A DNA stretch of 64,000 nucleotides from Longimicrobiales bacterium (GTDB lineage Bacteria > Gemmatimonadota > Gemmatimonadetes > Longimicrobiales > Gaopeijiaceae): positions 2,144,001 through 2,208,000 of the forward strand of contig OZ250165.1 of NCBI GenBank assembly GCA_965238005.1, in the 5' to 3' direction. A model generated the notes under the pieces. The model ran no database searches and had not been told where the DNA came from. It saw only the letters and a program-made list of their open reading frames with translations. This document shows, one piece after another, positions 49,469 through 59,038 of this stretch. The translations under genes were made by a program, and so were the position numbers. Each line of letters begins with the position of its first letter. Position 1 is the first letter of the stretch.

Positions 49469-50604
49469 CCTTTGAATATGCTCTTGAACCGATTCCAGAA
49501 CCGACTCTGAATCACCAACGGCGGGACGGGTAGGGGCGCCTCACCTAGGAACACCCGCCCCGGGCTGCTCACCGTGAGAAGCCGAAGCTGCTCACCGCCA
49601 TCGCGCTCCCGGAAGAAGGACTCGGATTCTCTAAGGTGGATGCCGAGATGGCGCCGGGCGTGGAAGTCGCTCGCAAGGTAGTCCACCCAACCCAGTGCGA
49701 GGAGCTTGCACGCCACGTCCCTGGCCTCTCTCCCGTAGCGGCCGGCGAAGGATCCGTGATTCACCTGCAAGTAGGCTCCGGACCTTCGCCAGGCGCCAGC
49801 GAGCTCGACATCGTGCTCGATTCCCTGGTATCGCTCCGGGTGCGCGAGGATCGGTCGGTACCCATCGGCGCAGATCCGCTGGATGACGTGCTCGGTGCGA
49901 GGAGGAATCTGGAGTCGCGGCCATTCCACCAGAACGAAGGGCGTTCCAGCCAGCCGGAGCCGGGGATCCGAGAGGTCCGGATCCGGGACGTCGAGCATGA
50001 TCTCGTATCCGCGCTCGAACTCCAGCTCGGGGAAGCGATCCGCCACCGCGCGAGACACCTCCTCCCATGCATCGTCGACCTGTCCCAGCCGTTCGGCGAG
50101 CTTCGCGGGGTCGTGTGTGATGCTCGCATTCAGGTGAGGGGTGGTGAGGATCCGGCCGATTCCGGCACTTGCCATCCGCTCCACCGCCTCCAAGGCCTCG
50201 TCCAGGGTGCGCGCACCATCGTCCACACCGGGCACGAGATGACTGTGGAGGTCGGCCGCGGTCCCCGACTCACCGAACGTCATGTCAGCGGCCTGTGGGA
50301 GGGGTGGAGCGGGCCGCGTCCGATGGAGTCGGTCGAGAAGGCCGGCGAGCACGGCCTCCGTATCTTCCTCACCGGCCGCAGCTTCGCACGCGTAGGTGAG
50401 GAGAGCGTCGGCAGCCAGCAAGTGGAACGCCCCCTCCCGGTTTCGCCCCAGCTGTTTGAGCAGCTCGTCCACGTGGTGCCCTGCAGCATCGCCCAGCGCT
50501 TCGCTCACCGACCTACCCTCCGAGGGCCCGACCTCGAGCCGGCGGCGCAGCTCCTTTGGCGCCGGGGGCTCCCGATCGGCCAGCCATGCCATCAGGTCGT
50601 CCAT
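49465..50604 (-). CDS. PHP-family tyrosine phosphatase (CpsB/YwqE-like) fused to an N-terminal ~100-aa helical domain
   Basis: DLHSH..PGVDDG, TPH, AHPERY and ASDFH motifs; N-terminal 'LLAADALLTYACEAAA' domain. Confidence 0.85.
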   Translation of the reverse strand: MDDLMAWLADREPPAPKELRRRLEVGPSEGRSVSEALGDAAGHHVDELLKQLGRNREGAFHLLAADALLTYACEAAAGEEDTEAVLAGLLDRLHRTRPAPPLPQAADMTFGESGTAADLHSHLVPGVDDGARTLDEALEAVERMASAGIGRILTTPHLNASITHDPAKLAERLGQVDDAWEEVSRAVADRFPELEFERGYEIMLDVPDPDLSDPRLRLAGTPFVLVEWPRLQIPPRTEHVIQRICADGYRPILAHPERYQGIEHDVELAGAWRRSGAYLQVNHGSFAGRYGREARDVACKLLALGWVDYLASDFHARRHLGIHLRESESFFRERDGGEQLRLLTVSSPGRVFLGEAPLPVPPLVIQSRFWNRFKSIFKG

Positions 50605-50620
50605 CAGGCCAGGTCGTCCA

Positions 50621-53317
50621 TCAAGCCCCAGCGTCCCGTCCTAGGTCTTTCACGATCTTCCATCCGCCCTGGAGCGCCTCGTTCAGTCTCTCCGGGTCTT
50701 CCACGCCGGCCTGGGCCATGTGCGGCCGTCCCCCACCCCGGCCCCCGACGAAGGCGGCGACCTTCCGGACGATGGCGTCGGCTCGAACGCCCCTGCTGAT
50801 GAGGTCGTCAGTCGCAAAAGCAAACAGGGTGTGCTTGCCCCCCGGGAGGTCCGCGGCCACGACGGCCACTCCGCTTCCGGCATTGGTCAGGAACGTGTCC
50901 CCCCACCTTCGGACGTCATCGGCATCCCGGGCCTTGAGTCGCACCGCCTTGTACGTGGCGGTGGACTCGTCAACCAAAAAGGTCTCCTTCACCACCACGG
51001 TCTCACCCGCGCCCCCGGCGCTCCTCAGCTCGTCGAGGAGCGTCCCGAGCTCCCGCTTTTCGTCGACGAGCTGCCGGGCTCGCGTGGCGACGTTGGTAGC
51101 GGAGCCTCCCAAGATCACCGCCACTTCGTCGAGTCGCTCGAGCTGCTCCTCGAGATGAGCGAAGGCGCCTGGACCCGTGACGGCTTCGATGCGCCTCACG
51201 CCCGCACCGATCCCGCTTTCGCTCGTGATCTTGAAGAGCCCGATCTCTCCGGTGTGACGGACGTGGGTTCCACCACACAGCTCCATGCTGACGCCTGGAA
51301 TCTCCACGACCCGGACGACGTCGGCGTACTTCTCCCCGAAGAGCGCCATGGCTCCGTCAGCCACCGCTTCCTCGTAGGGACGATCATCTGTGGTCACGGC
51401 ATGATCGGTCCAGATTCCCTCGTTCACGATCTTCTCGACCAGGCCTCGCTCCTCATCCGTCAGGGGAGCCGTATGCGCGAAGTCGAAGCGGAGTCGGTCG
51501 GGTGCCACCAGCGATCCTCGCTGGACCACGTGCGTGCCCAGGACTCCGCGCAGGGCGGCGTGGAGAAGATGGGTAGCAGTATGGTTGCGCTCCGTATCAC
51601 GCCGGGACGACACGTCGACCCGGGCACGGACCCGTAAAGCCCCCTCCACATCGTCGGGAAGAGCGCCGTCGGACAGCTCGCCGACGACCACCACCCGGCC
51701 CCCAACCCGGACGGCGTCTCGGATCTGGAGGGACCATCCCTCTCCCTCCACCGTTCCCGTGTCGGATACCTGTCCCCCACCCTCGGAATAGAACGGGTTG
51801 TCGGCCAGTTGAAGGGCCACGCCATCCTCCGATATCCTGATAGCCAGGACCTCGGTCTCCACGCCCAGCTCCTCGTATCCCACTATGCGCTGCTCCCCGT
51901 CGCTCGAAAGGCTTCGCCAGCCCTCCGAAAGTCCGGCTTGGGCACCGCTGACCACGTAACTCCCTGGGCTTGCATCAAGTACATACTGGGCCCGGTCCGC
52001 CCGACTTCTCTTCCGCTGCTCCTCGAGGGCCGCTTCGAAAGCCTCGACGTCCACGGAGTAGCCACGCTCCTCCGCCATGAGCTGGGTGAGGTCCAGGGGG
52101 AAGCCGAATGTGTCGTAGAGCTTGAAGGCGTCGGAGCCTGAGACGACGGAATCCGCTCCCGCCCCGGCTCCACCCCGGGGAGCCACCTGGTCGAAGCGGT
52201 CCATGCCACCCTCGATGGTAGCCAGGAATCGCTCCTCTTCGGCCAGTGTGGTGCTCAGGAGATGGTCGCGCCGCCCCTCGAGCTCCGGATACACGTCACG
52301 CATGCTGTCGATCACCGCTTCCACCACGGAGACCAGGGTCGGATCCCGATGGCCGAGGAGCCAGGCGTGACGTGCCGCGCGGCGGAGAATCCGGCGAAGC
52401 ACGTACCCTCGCCCCTCGTTGGACGGGAATACGCCGTCGGCGAGCAAGAACGCCACCGCCCGCGCGTGATCGGCCAGCACACGGTAGGACACCCCCTCGT
52501 CCCCTTCGGGCTCGTATCGCCGTCCCATGGCGTCGGCCACGGCTTCCAGGATGGGCGCGAAGGCGTCGATGTGGTAGTTGGAGTCGACGTCCTGGAGTAC
52601 CGTGGCGAGCCTCTCCAATCCGGCGCCGGTATCGATTGAGGGAGCCGGCAGCGGGTTCAGCGTCCCGTCCTCGTCCCGGTCGTACTCCATGAAGACGAGG
52701 TTCCACAGCTCGATGAGCACCCCCTGCTCCTCCAGCTCCTCGAACTCCTCCTGGGTCAGCTCCCCGCGAAGCTCCTCCGGTCTCAGGTCGTAGTGGAGCT
52801 CGGAGCACGGACCGCAGGGGCCGGTGTCGGCCATCTGCCAGAAGTTGTCCTTGTCCCCGAGCCGGAAGATCCGTCCCGCGGGCACGCCAGCGACCTCCTG
52901 CCAGAGCTCGTACGCTGCGTCATCCGAGTGATGGATCGAGATGAACAGCCGGTCCGCGTCCAGTCCTAGGTCTTCGGTCAGGAACTCCCACGCGTATGCG
53001 ATGGCGTCTCGCTTGAAGTAGTCCCCGAACGAGAAGTTTCCCAGCATCTCGAAGAAGGTGTGGTGGCGGGTTGTCTTCCCCACTTCCTCCAGATCGTTGT
53101 GCTTCCCTCCGGCCCTCACGCACTTCTGCGACGTAACCGCCCGCTTGAACGGAAGCTCGCCGATGCCCAGGAGCATACTCTTGAACTGAACCATTCCGGC
53201 ATTGGTGAACAGCAACGTCGGGTCGTCGGCCGGCACGAGGGGCGAGCTCGGTCGAACCTCGTGTCCCCGAGCACGGAAGAATTCGAGGAACCTCGAGCGG
53301 ATTTCGGCTGTGGTCAT
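50621..53317 (-). CDS. alaS: Alanine--tRNA ligase
   Basis: LLFTNAGM, HHTFFEMLGNFSFGDYFK, HTATHLL, ELCGGTH, GGG. Confidence 0.98.
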   Translation of the reverse strand: MTTAEIRSRFLEFFRARGHEVRPSSPLVPADDPTLLFTNAGMVQFKSMLLGIGELPFKRAVTSQKCVRAGGKHNDLEEVGKTTRHHTFFEMLGNFSFGDYFKRDAIAYAWEFLTEDLGLDADRLFISIHHSDDAAYELWQEVAGVPAGRIFRLGDKDNFWQMADTGPCGPCSELHYDLRPEELRGELTQEEFEELEEQGVLIELWNLVFMEYDRDEDGTLNPLPAPSIDTGAGLERLATVLQDVDSNYHIDAFAPILEAVADAMGRRYEPEGDEGVSYRVLADHARAVAFLLADGVFPSNEGRGYVLRRILRRAARHAWLLGHRDPTLVSVVEAVIDSMRDVYPELEGRRDHLLSTTLAEEERFLATIEGGMDRFDQVAPRGGAGAGADSVVSGSDAFKLYDTFGFPLDLTQLMAEERGYSVDVEAFEAALEEQRKRSRADRAQYVLDASPGSYVVSGAQAGLSEGWRSLSSDGEQRIVGYEELGVETEVLAIRISEDGVALQLADNPFYSEGGGQVSDTGTVEGEGWSLQIRDAVRVGGRVVVVGELSDGALPDDVEGALRVRARVDVSSRRDTERNHTATHLLHAALRGVLGTHVVQRGSLVAPDRLRFDFAHTAPLTDEERGLVEKIVNEGIWTDHAVTTDDRPYEEAVADGAMALFGEKYADVVRVVEIPGVSMELCGGTHVRHTGEIGLFKITSESGIGAGVRRIEAVTGPGAFAHLEEQLERLDEVAVILGGSATNVATRARQLVDEKRELGTLLDELRSAGGAGETVVVKETFLVDESTATYKAVRLKARDADDVRRWGDTFLTNAGSGVAVVAADLPGGKHTLFAFATDDLISRGVRADAIVRKVAAFVGGRGGGRPHMAQAGVEDPERLNEALQGGWKIVKDLGRDAGA

Positions 53318-53426
53318 GGTGACGATGTGTTGGCGTCCATGGGCGCCAATTATAACGACTTGACGGGCCTGGCCCAACAAGGTCCGGAGCCCGGAAACGG
53401 GTCTTCGAGGAGCCCGCAGATCAACG

Positions 53427-53453
53427 AAAAAGCCCGGTCGCTCGACCGGGCTT
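53427..53453 (-). terminator. recA terminator
   Basis: AAGCCCGGTCG-CT-CGACCGGGCTT with a T5 tract on the minus strand. Confidence 0.85.
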
Positions 53454-53484
53454 CAGGAGACTTTCGGGGAGTGCTCTCCAGGTG

Positions 53485-54573
53485 TCAGTCTTCGCCGTTC
53501 GCCGTCGCCTCCTTGAGTGGCTCGGCTCCCTCGGCATCACCTGCCACTCCCAACGCTTCGCGAACACGGGCGTCCACCTCCCCAAGCACGTCGGGATTCT
53601 CCGTGAGGAACTCCCTAGTGTTCTCCTTCCCCTGACCCAGTCGCAGGTCCCCGTACGAATACCAGGACCCCGACTTCTCGATGATTCCCTCTTCGACGCC
53701 AATGTCGATGAGAAGACTCTCGTGGCTGATGCCGACGTCGTAGAGGATGTCGAATTCGGCTTGCCTGAAGGGGGGGGCGCACTTGTTCTTCACCACCTTC
53801 ACGCGCGTCCGGTTGCCCACGATGTCCGTGCCGTCCTTGATGGCGCCGATGCGCCGGATGTCCATGCGAAGGGACGAGTAGAACTTGAGGGCACGGCCTC
53901 CCGACGTCGTCTCCGGGTTCCCGAACATCACACCGATCTTCTCCCGAATCTGGTTCGTGAAGACCACGGCGGTCTGGGATCGAGCGACCGCACCGGTCAG
54001 CTTGCGCAACGCCTGGCTCATGAGTCGGGCCTGGAGCCCCACGTGGGAGTCGCCCATCTCCCCTTCGATCTCGGCCCTCGGGACAAGGGCCGCCACGGAG
54101 TCCACCACGACCACGTCGACGGCACTGCTGCGAATCAGGACCTCGGTGATCTCGAGCGCCTGCTCACCGGTGTCGGGCTGGGATACGAGCAGGTTGTCCA
54201 CGTCCACTCCGAGCTTCTTGGAGTACGTCACGTCCAGAGCGTGCTCGGCGTCCACGAAGGCGGCGATCCCACCGGCCACCTGCGCGTTGGCGATGATGTG
54301 CAGACAGAGGGTCGTCTTTCCGCTCGATTCGGGGCCGTAGATCTCGGTGATCCGTCCTCTCGGGATACCGCCAATCCCGATGGCGGCATCCAGATTGATG
54401 GCCCCGGTGCTGATGACGTCGATCTCGACCTTTATCCCGTCGTCCCCCATCCACATGATGGAGCCCTTCCCGTAGGAACGCTCGATCTGGGTGATGGCCG
54501 TGGAGAGGGCCTTCTTCTTCTTGTCGCTCAACTTCTGGTCGCTCAACTCATGCGTGACTTCTGCGGTCGACAT
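53485..54573 (-). CDS. recA: Recombinase RecA
   Basis: [33 protein letters not shown]. Confidence 0.99.
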   Translation of the reverse strand: MSTAEVTHELSDQKLSDKKKKALSTAITQIERSYGKGSIMWMGDDGIKVEIDVISTGAINLDAAIGIGGIPRGRITEIYGPESSGKTTLCLHIIANAQVAGGIAAFVDAEHALDVTYSKKLGVDVDNLLVSQPDTGEQALEITEVLIRSSAVDVVVVDSVAALVPRAEIEGEMGDSHVGLQARLMSQALRKLTGAVARSQTAVVFTNQIREKIGVMFGNPETTSGGRALKFYSSLRMDIRRIGAIKDGTDIVGNRTRVKVVKNKCAPPFRQAEFDILYDVGISHESLLIDIGVEEGIIEKSGSWYSYGDLRLGQGKENTREFLTENPDVLGEVDARVREALGVAGDAEGAEPLKEATANGED

Positions 54574-54608
54574 TCCATCCTCGCGGAAAAGCGGTGGGGT
54601 CGGAGGCT

Positions 54609-54637
54609 ATTCTACAACACCCGAAGATAAAGCGAAA
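54609..54637 (-). promoter_or_regulatory. Putative recA promoter with a TTCG-N7-TTCG direct repeat
   Basis: Minus strand TTTCGC-17-TAGAAT; the repeat overlaps the -35 box. Confidence 0.5.
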
Positions 54638-54827
54638 GTCCTTTGACGTCCTGGAGGCGACCCGTACAAAATAAAGCGAGCCTGCGGGCTCGGGAATGTC
54701 GCTCCGCGACGTTCGCGCGTCGGCCCGTGAGGTGTCAGGTTGGGAACCGTACTACGGGCCGGCGGGTTGATGCACCGAACCGGCCGGTTCTGGAGCGAAG
54801 CCGTTCGGACGGCCTCACGGGTGACGC

Positions 54828-56240
54828 ATGACCGTACAGGAATACGATCTCATCGCAGTGGGTGGCGGAACCGCCGGCCTCGTCTCCGCTGCAGGAGCCG
54901 CCTATCTGGGTGTTCGCCCCGCCCTCGTCGAGCGGGCCGCCCTGGGGGGAGACTGCCTGTGGACCGGATGCGTGCCGTCCAAAGCCCTCCTGGCGTCGGC
55001 ACGGCTGGCCCACGCAATGCGCAACGCCGAGTCCCTGGGGCCCACAGGGGTCGCCCCAACGCAGGTGTTCTGCAGCGTCATGGAGCGCATGCGCCAGGCG
55101 AGGGCGAGGGTCGCTCACCACGACGACCCCGAGCGTTTTCGCAAGATGGGAGTCCACGTGCACTTCGGCACCGCCCGGTTCATCGGAGCCGACACCCTGG
55201 ACGTAGAGGGCGTCGGCACCCTCAAGTCGAAGCGCATCATCGTGGCGACAGGTGCGCGACCGGCTATCCCCCCGATCCCGGGTCTCGAGGAGGCAGGCTA
55301 CCAGACGCACGAGACGATCTTCGATCTCGACCGCCATCCCCCGAGAGTGGGAATCCTCGGAGGCGGCGCCATCGGGCTCGAGTTCTCGCAGGTGTTCAGC
55401 CGTCTGGGTTCCGAGGTCGTCGTACTCGAGATGCTCGATCGCATACTTCCGAGCGAGGACCCCGACGTAGCCGAGGCCCTACTCGGGATCCTGAGACGTG
55501 AAGGCATAGACATAGAGCTCGGCTCGCGCGTTGTCGCCGTTCAGGTCGAGGACGCCAGAAAGGTGATCCTCACGGAGGACGGGCGCCGCTTCCCCGTCGA
55601 CGAGATCCTCGTGGCCACCGGAAGACAGCCCATCACCCAAGGACTCGATCTGGAACGTGGCGGGATCGAGCGGGACGGCACGGCGGTTCTTGTCGACTCC
55701 ACGCTGCGAACCACGAACCGCGGAGTCTGGGCCGCCGGTGACGTCACCGGAGGACTCCAGTTTACCCATGTGGCCGACTACATGGCGAAGAAGGCTCTCC
55801 GGAACGCGCTCCTCCCCCTGAGCGCCCATGTCGACTACAGTCGGGTCCCGTGGGTCACCTACACGGATCCGGAGGTCGCTCACGTGGGCCTCAGCGGCGA
55901 CGAGGCTTCCGCCCGGGGAGCCAAGACGTTCACGTACGAGTTCGACGACCTGGACCGGGCGATCACGGATGCCCAGACACTCGGCTTCGTGAAGATCTCG
56001 GCGGACTCTAAAGGCCGCATCCTGGGAGCGACCATTCTGGGTCACGGTGCGGGCGAGCTTCTCCAGCCCATCGTTCTGGCAATGACCCACGGACTGCCAC
56101 TCTCGAAGATCGCGGACACGATCTTTCCGTATCCCACGATGGCGGAGGGGGTCAAGGGAGCCGCCAACGCATATCAGCGGACCCGTCTCGAGGGTCCTGC
56201 CGGACGTGTCTTGAAGAAGGTGGTCTCATGGCTGAACTGA
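54828..56240 (+). CDS. Mercuric reductase / dihydrolipoamide dehydrogenase-like flavoprotein disulfide oxidoreductase
   Basis: GGDCLWTGCVPSK, GGG.IG.E, GDVTG; YPT in place of HPT; no C-terminal Cys-Cys. Confidence 0.88.
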   Translation: MTVQEYDLIAVGGGTAGLVSAAGAAYLGVRPALVERAALGGDCLWTGCVPSKALLASARLAHAMRNAESLGPTGVAPTQVFCSVMERMRQARARVAHHDDPERFRKMGVHVHFGTARFIGADTLDVEGVGTLKSKRIIVATGARPAIPPIPGLEEAGYQTHETIFDLDRHPPRVGILGGGAIGLEFSQVFSRLGSEVVVLEMLDRILPSEDPDVAEALLGILRREGIDIELGSRVVAVQVEDARKVILTEDGRRFPVDEILVATGRQPITQGLDLERGGIERDGTAVLVDSTLRTTNRGVWAAGDVTGGLQFTHVADYMAKKALRNALLPLSAHVDYSRVPWVTYTDPEVAHVGLSGDEASARGAKTFTYEFDDLDRAITDAQTLGFVKISADSKGRILGATILGHGAGELLQPIVLAMTHGLPLSKIADTIFPYPTMAEGVKGAANAYQRTRLEGPAGRVLKKVVSWLN

Positions 56241-57730
56241 GCGGCCACGCCAACAGGGGAGGGCGCGCATACGTGAAGCTTGCGCTCTTCGCTCTCGTCA
56301 TCCTCAGCGGATTCCTGCTGGCCCGCTTCACCCCTCTTGGCGCCCTCCTCACCCAGGAAGGGATCGGCCTAACCATCGGAGAGCTGAGGGGCTCGGTGTG
56401 GGCACCCGTTCTCTTCATCTCGTTATACGCCGGGGCCACCGCCATGGCGATCCCCGGCACCATTCTGACGTTGGCGGGAGGAGCCCTTTTCGGGTTCTTC
56501 TGGGGGACGGTGTTCAACACCATCGCCGCGAACATCGGGGCCAGCATGGCCTTCTTCGTGGCGCGCTTCCTGGGTCGTGAGGGTGTGGAGAGACTCGGCG
56601 GGCGACGGCTCGAGAAGCTGGACGAGGCCACCAGAGAGCATGGGTTCCAGGGCCTCTTTCTGCTGCGCCTGGTTCCCCTGGTGCCCTTCAACGCCCTGAA
56701 CTTCGGGTCCGGACTCACCGCCCTTCGCTGGCGCACGTACGCCCTGGCCACCGTCATCGGAATCTTCCCCGGTACGGTCGTGTATACGATGTTCGCGGAC
56801 GCCCTGCTCCAGGGCTCACAGGAGGCCTCGCGCGAGGCCCTGATCCGAGTTCTGATATCGGGTGCTCTGTTGGTGTTCCTCAGCTTCCTGCCGAAGATCA
56901 TGAAACGACTCAACGTTAAGATCCCTGGCCTCTCGCCAGTCCTCCTCGCTCTGATCCTGATCCCGGACGGTCTGTCGGGCCAGAGGAGCGGCGCTCTACC
57001 GGACCACTCCGTATTCACCATGGTCCTCGAGCACACGGTACAGAAGTCACTGGTCGACTACGCAGCGCTCAAGGCCAACCGTCACGGCCTGGACGCCTAT
57101 CTCCAGTCGATGGCCGAAACGGACCCGGAAGTCCTGGCCGCGGCCTCCCATTCGTCCCGCCTGGCTTTCTGGATCAACGCCTACAACGCCTGCATGCTGC
57201 GGCAGGTCGTCGATCATTATCCGATACAGAAGAACACAGGCCTTCTGGACCGCGCCACGAACGCGATCCTGAGCCGGCCCGAGAACTCGGTGTGGCAGAT
57301 CCCCGACGTGTTCAAGCGCGAGCACTGCACGATCGCTGGCGAGCTTCGCTCCCAGGACCAGATCGAGCACGAGATCATCCGGCCCATGGGCGACCCCAGG
57401 ATTCACTTCGCCGTGAACTGTGCAGCCATGAGCTGCCCGCCGCTCCAGACCTGGGCGCATACGGCTGATGAGCTCGACGAGCAGCTCGACCGGATCGTAC
57501 GCACCTTCATGGCCAATCCGGTCCACTTCGAGCTCGAGACCGGAGAGCGTTCCGTGCTCCGGCTGAACAAGGTTCTCGACTGGTACGGCGACGACTTCGG
57601 GGGGATCGAAGGTCTCCGTGAGTTCTTCGCGTCCTACCTCGGAGGGGACGAAGGCGGCACCAGGCTCGGCCACGACACCAGGATCGAGTTCTTCGAGTAC
57701 GATTGGACTCTGAACGACGTTCGTCGCTGA
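56228..57730 (+). CDS. TVP38/TMEM64 (DedA) domain fused to DUF547
   Basis: LRLVPLVPFN..NF N-terminal half; VDY..LK, AFWINAYN, DPRIHFAVNCAA.SCP and YDW.LN C-terminal half. Confidence 0.88.
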   Translation: MAELSGHANRGGRAYVKLALFALVILSGFLLARFTPLGALLTQEGIGLTIGELRGSVWAPVLFISLYAGATAMAIPGTILTLAGGALFGFFWGTVFNTIAANIGASMAFFVARFLGREGVERLGGRRLEKLDEATREHGFQGLFLLRLVPLVPFNALNFGSGLTALRWRTYALATVIGIFPGTVVYTMFADALLQGSQEASREALIRVLISGALLVFLSFLPKIMKRLNVKIPGLSPVLLALILIPDGLSGQRSGALPDHSVFTMVLEHTVQKSLVDYAALKANRHGLDAYLQSMAETDPEVLAAASHSSRLAFWINAYNACMLRQVVDHYPIQKNTGLLDRATNAILSRPENSVWQIPDVFKREHCTIAGELRSQDQIEHEIIRPMGDPRIHFAVNCAAMSCPPLQTWAHTADELDEQLDRIVRTFMANPVHFELETGERSVLRLNKVLDWYGDDFGGIEGLREFFASYLGGDEGGTRLGHDTRIEFFEYDWTLNDVRR

Positions 57731-57740
57731 CGGGGCACCG

Positions 57741-59036
57741 GTGAGGAGCGGAGGACCCCCCTCTCCAGACCGCCTGGGAGTGGTGGTCCCCACGCTCAAC
57801 GAGGCCGAGCACCTCCCTTCCCTCCTGGCCGACCTGTCGGAGATGACCATCCCGCCTACAGTGGTCGTGGCCGACGGTGGATCGACGGACGCAACCCGTG
57901 AGCTGGCACGGGCCGGCGGCGCCACGGTCATCGTGGCCAGAAGAGGAAGGGCGCATCAGATGAACGCGGGAGCCCGCCTCCTCCGAACCCCCTGGATCCT
58001 GTTCCTCCACGCCGACTCGCGGCTTCCCCCCGAGGCCCGGGATTGTCTGGCCCAGCGATTGGCCAACACTTCCGACACGAGGCCCGGGTACTTTCGCTTC
58101 TCTCTCGACGGGAGGGGCTGGTTCTGGCGATTCATCGAGCTCGGGCAGTCCCTGAGGGAGCGCATCACTCGCCTGGCCTACGGTGATCAGGGCCTGCTGG
58201 TGCGCCGGATCGACCTGGAGGCCGTCGGGGGCTTTCCGCCGATCCCCATCATGGAGGACGTGGCGATCCTGCGTGCGCTCCGCGCCAGGGGAGCCCTACA
58301 ACTCCTTCCGGCCCCTCTTCCCACCAGCCCCCGCCGCTTCGAGGAGGAGGGTCGATGGCGTGCCTGGCTCCGCAACGTCAGGGCGTTGGGCATGACCCTC
58401 GCAGGAGCGGCCCCCGAGAAGCTCGCCCCTCTCCATCCCAGGCGGAGGGCCGCGGCGCCCGCCGGCCGGCTGGCCCTCGTCTTCGTGAAGGCCCCGAGAC
58501 CTGGAAAGGTCAAGACGCGGCTGGCGGTGGGGATCGGCGCGCAGGCCGCCGTCGACCTGTACGCCACCATGGCCTCAGACGCCGTGGAGCGTCTCCGGTC
58601 CCCGGCGTACGATCTGCTGGTGTGCTACGACCCGCCCACCGCGGCCGCAGAGGTCCAGGCTTGGCTGGGGGACGACACCACGCTCATGCCCCAGGCAGAG
58701 GGAGATCTGGGGCATCGCATGTGGTGTGCGCTGCGAGACGGCCTGGAGGTGGCGAGCCAGGCGTGCGTCGTGGGAACCGACGTGCCCGACCTGGATGCCG
58801 GCCTGGTGGAAGAATCGTTCGACGCGCTGTCGCGGGCCGACGTAGTGATCGGGCCCGCCGCCGACGGAGGGTACTACCTCATGGCTCTCCAGCGTCCCAT
58901 CCCGGAGTTGTTCGAGGACATCCCCTGGAGCACTCCCGAGGTGCTTGACCGCACCCTGGAGGCGGCCCGCAGCCTGGGACTCAGGGTGTGTACGCTGAAG
59001 ACGCTGAGGGACGTGGACACGGCTGCCGACCTTTAG
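57741..59036 (+). CDS. TIGR04283-type GT2 fused to a TIGR04282/DUF2064-type transferase
   Basis: PTLNE, DGGSTD, FLHAD, YGDQG, MED, TS.RR; then K.P.PGKVKTRL, Q..GDLG.RM, GTD.P, GPA.DGGYY, DVD...DL. Confidence 0.9.
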   Translation: MRSGGPPSPDRLGVVVPTLNEAEHLPSLLADLSEMTIPPTVVVADGGSTDATRELARAGGATVIVARRGRAHQMNAGARLLRTPWILFLHADSRLPPEARDCLAQRLANTSDTRPGYFRFSLDGRGWFWRFIELGQSLRERITRLAYGDQGLLVRRIDLEAVGGFPPIPIMEDVAILRALRARGALQLLPAPLPTSPRRFEEEGRWRAWLRNVRALGMTLAGAAPEKLAPLHPRRRAAAPAGRLALVFVKAPRPGKVKTRLAVGIGAQAAVDLYATMASDAVERLRSPAYDLLVCYDPPTAAAEVQAWLGDDTTLMPQAEGDLGHRMWCALRDGLEVASQACVVGTDVPDLDAGLVEESFDALSRADVVIGPAADGGYYLMALQRPIPELFEDIPWSTPEVLDRTLEAARSLGLRVCTLKTLRDVDTAADL

Positions 59037-59038
59037 CC

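Noticed and set aside
54828..56240. merA mercury resistance gene
   Set aside because: No C-terminal Cys-Cys, no NmerA domain and no mer operon genes
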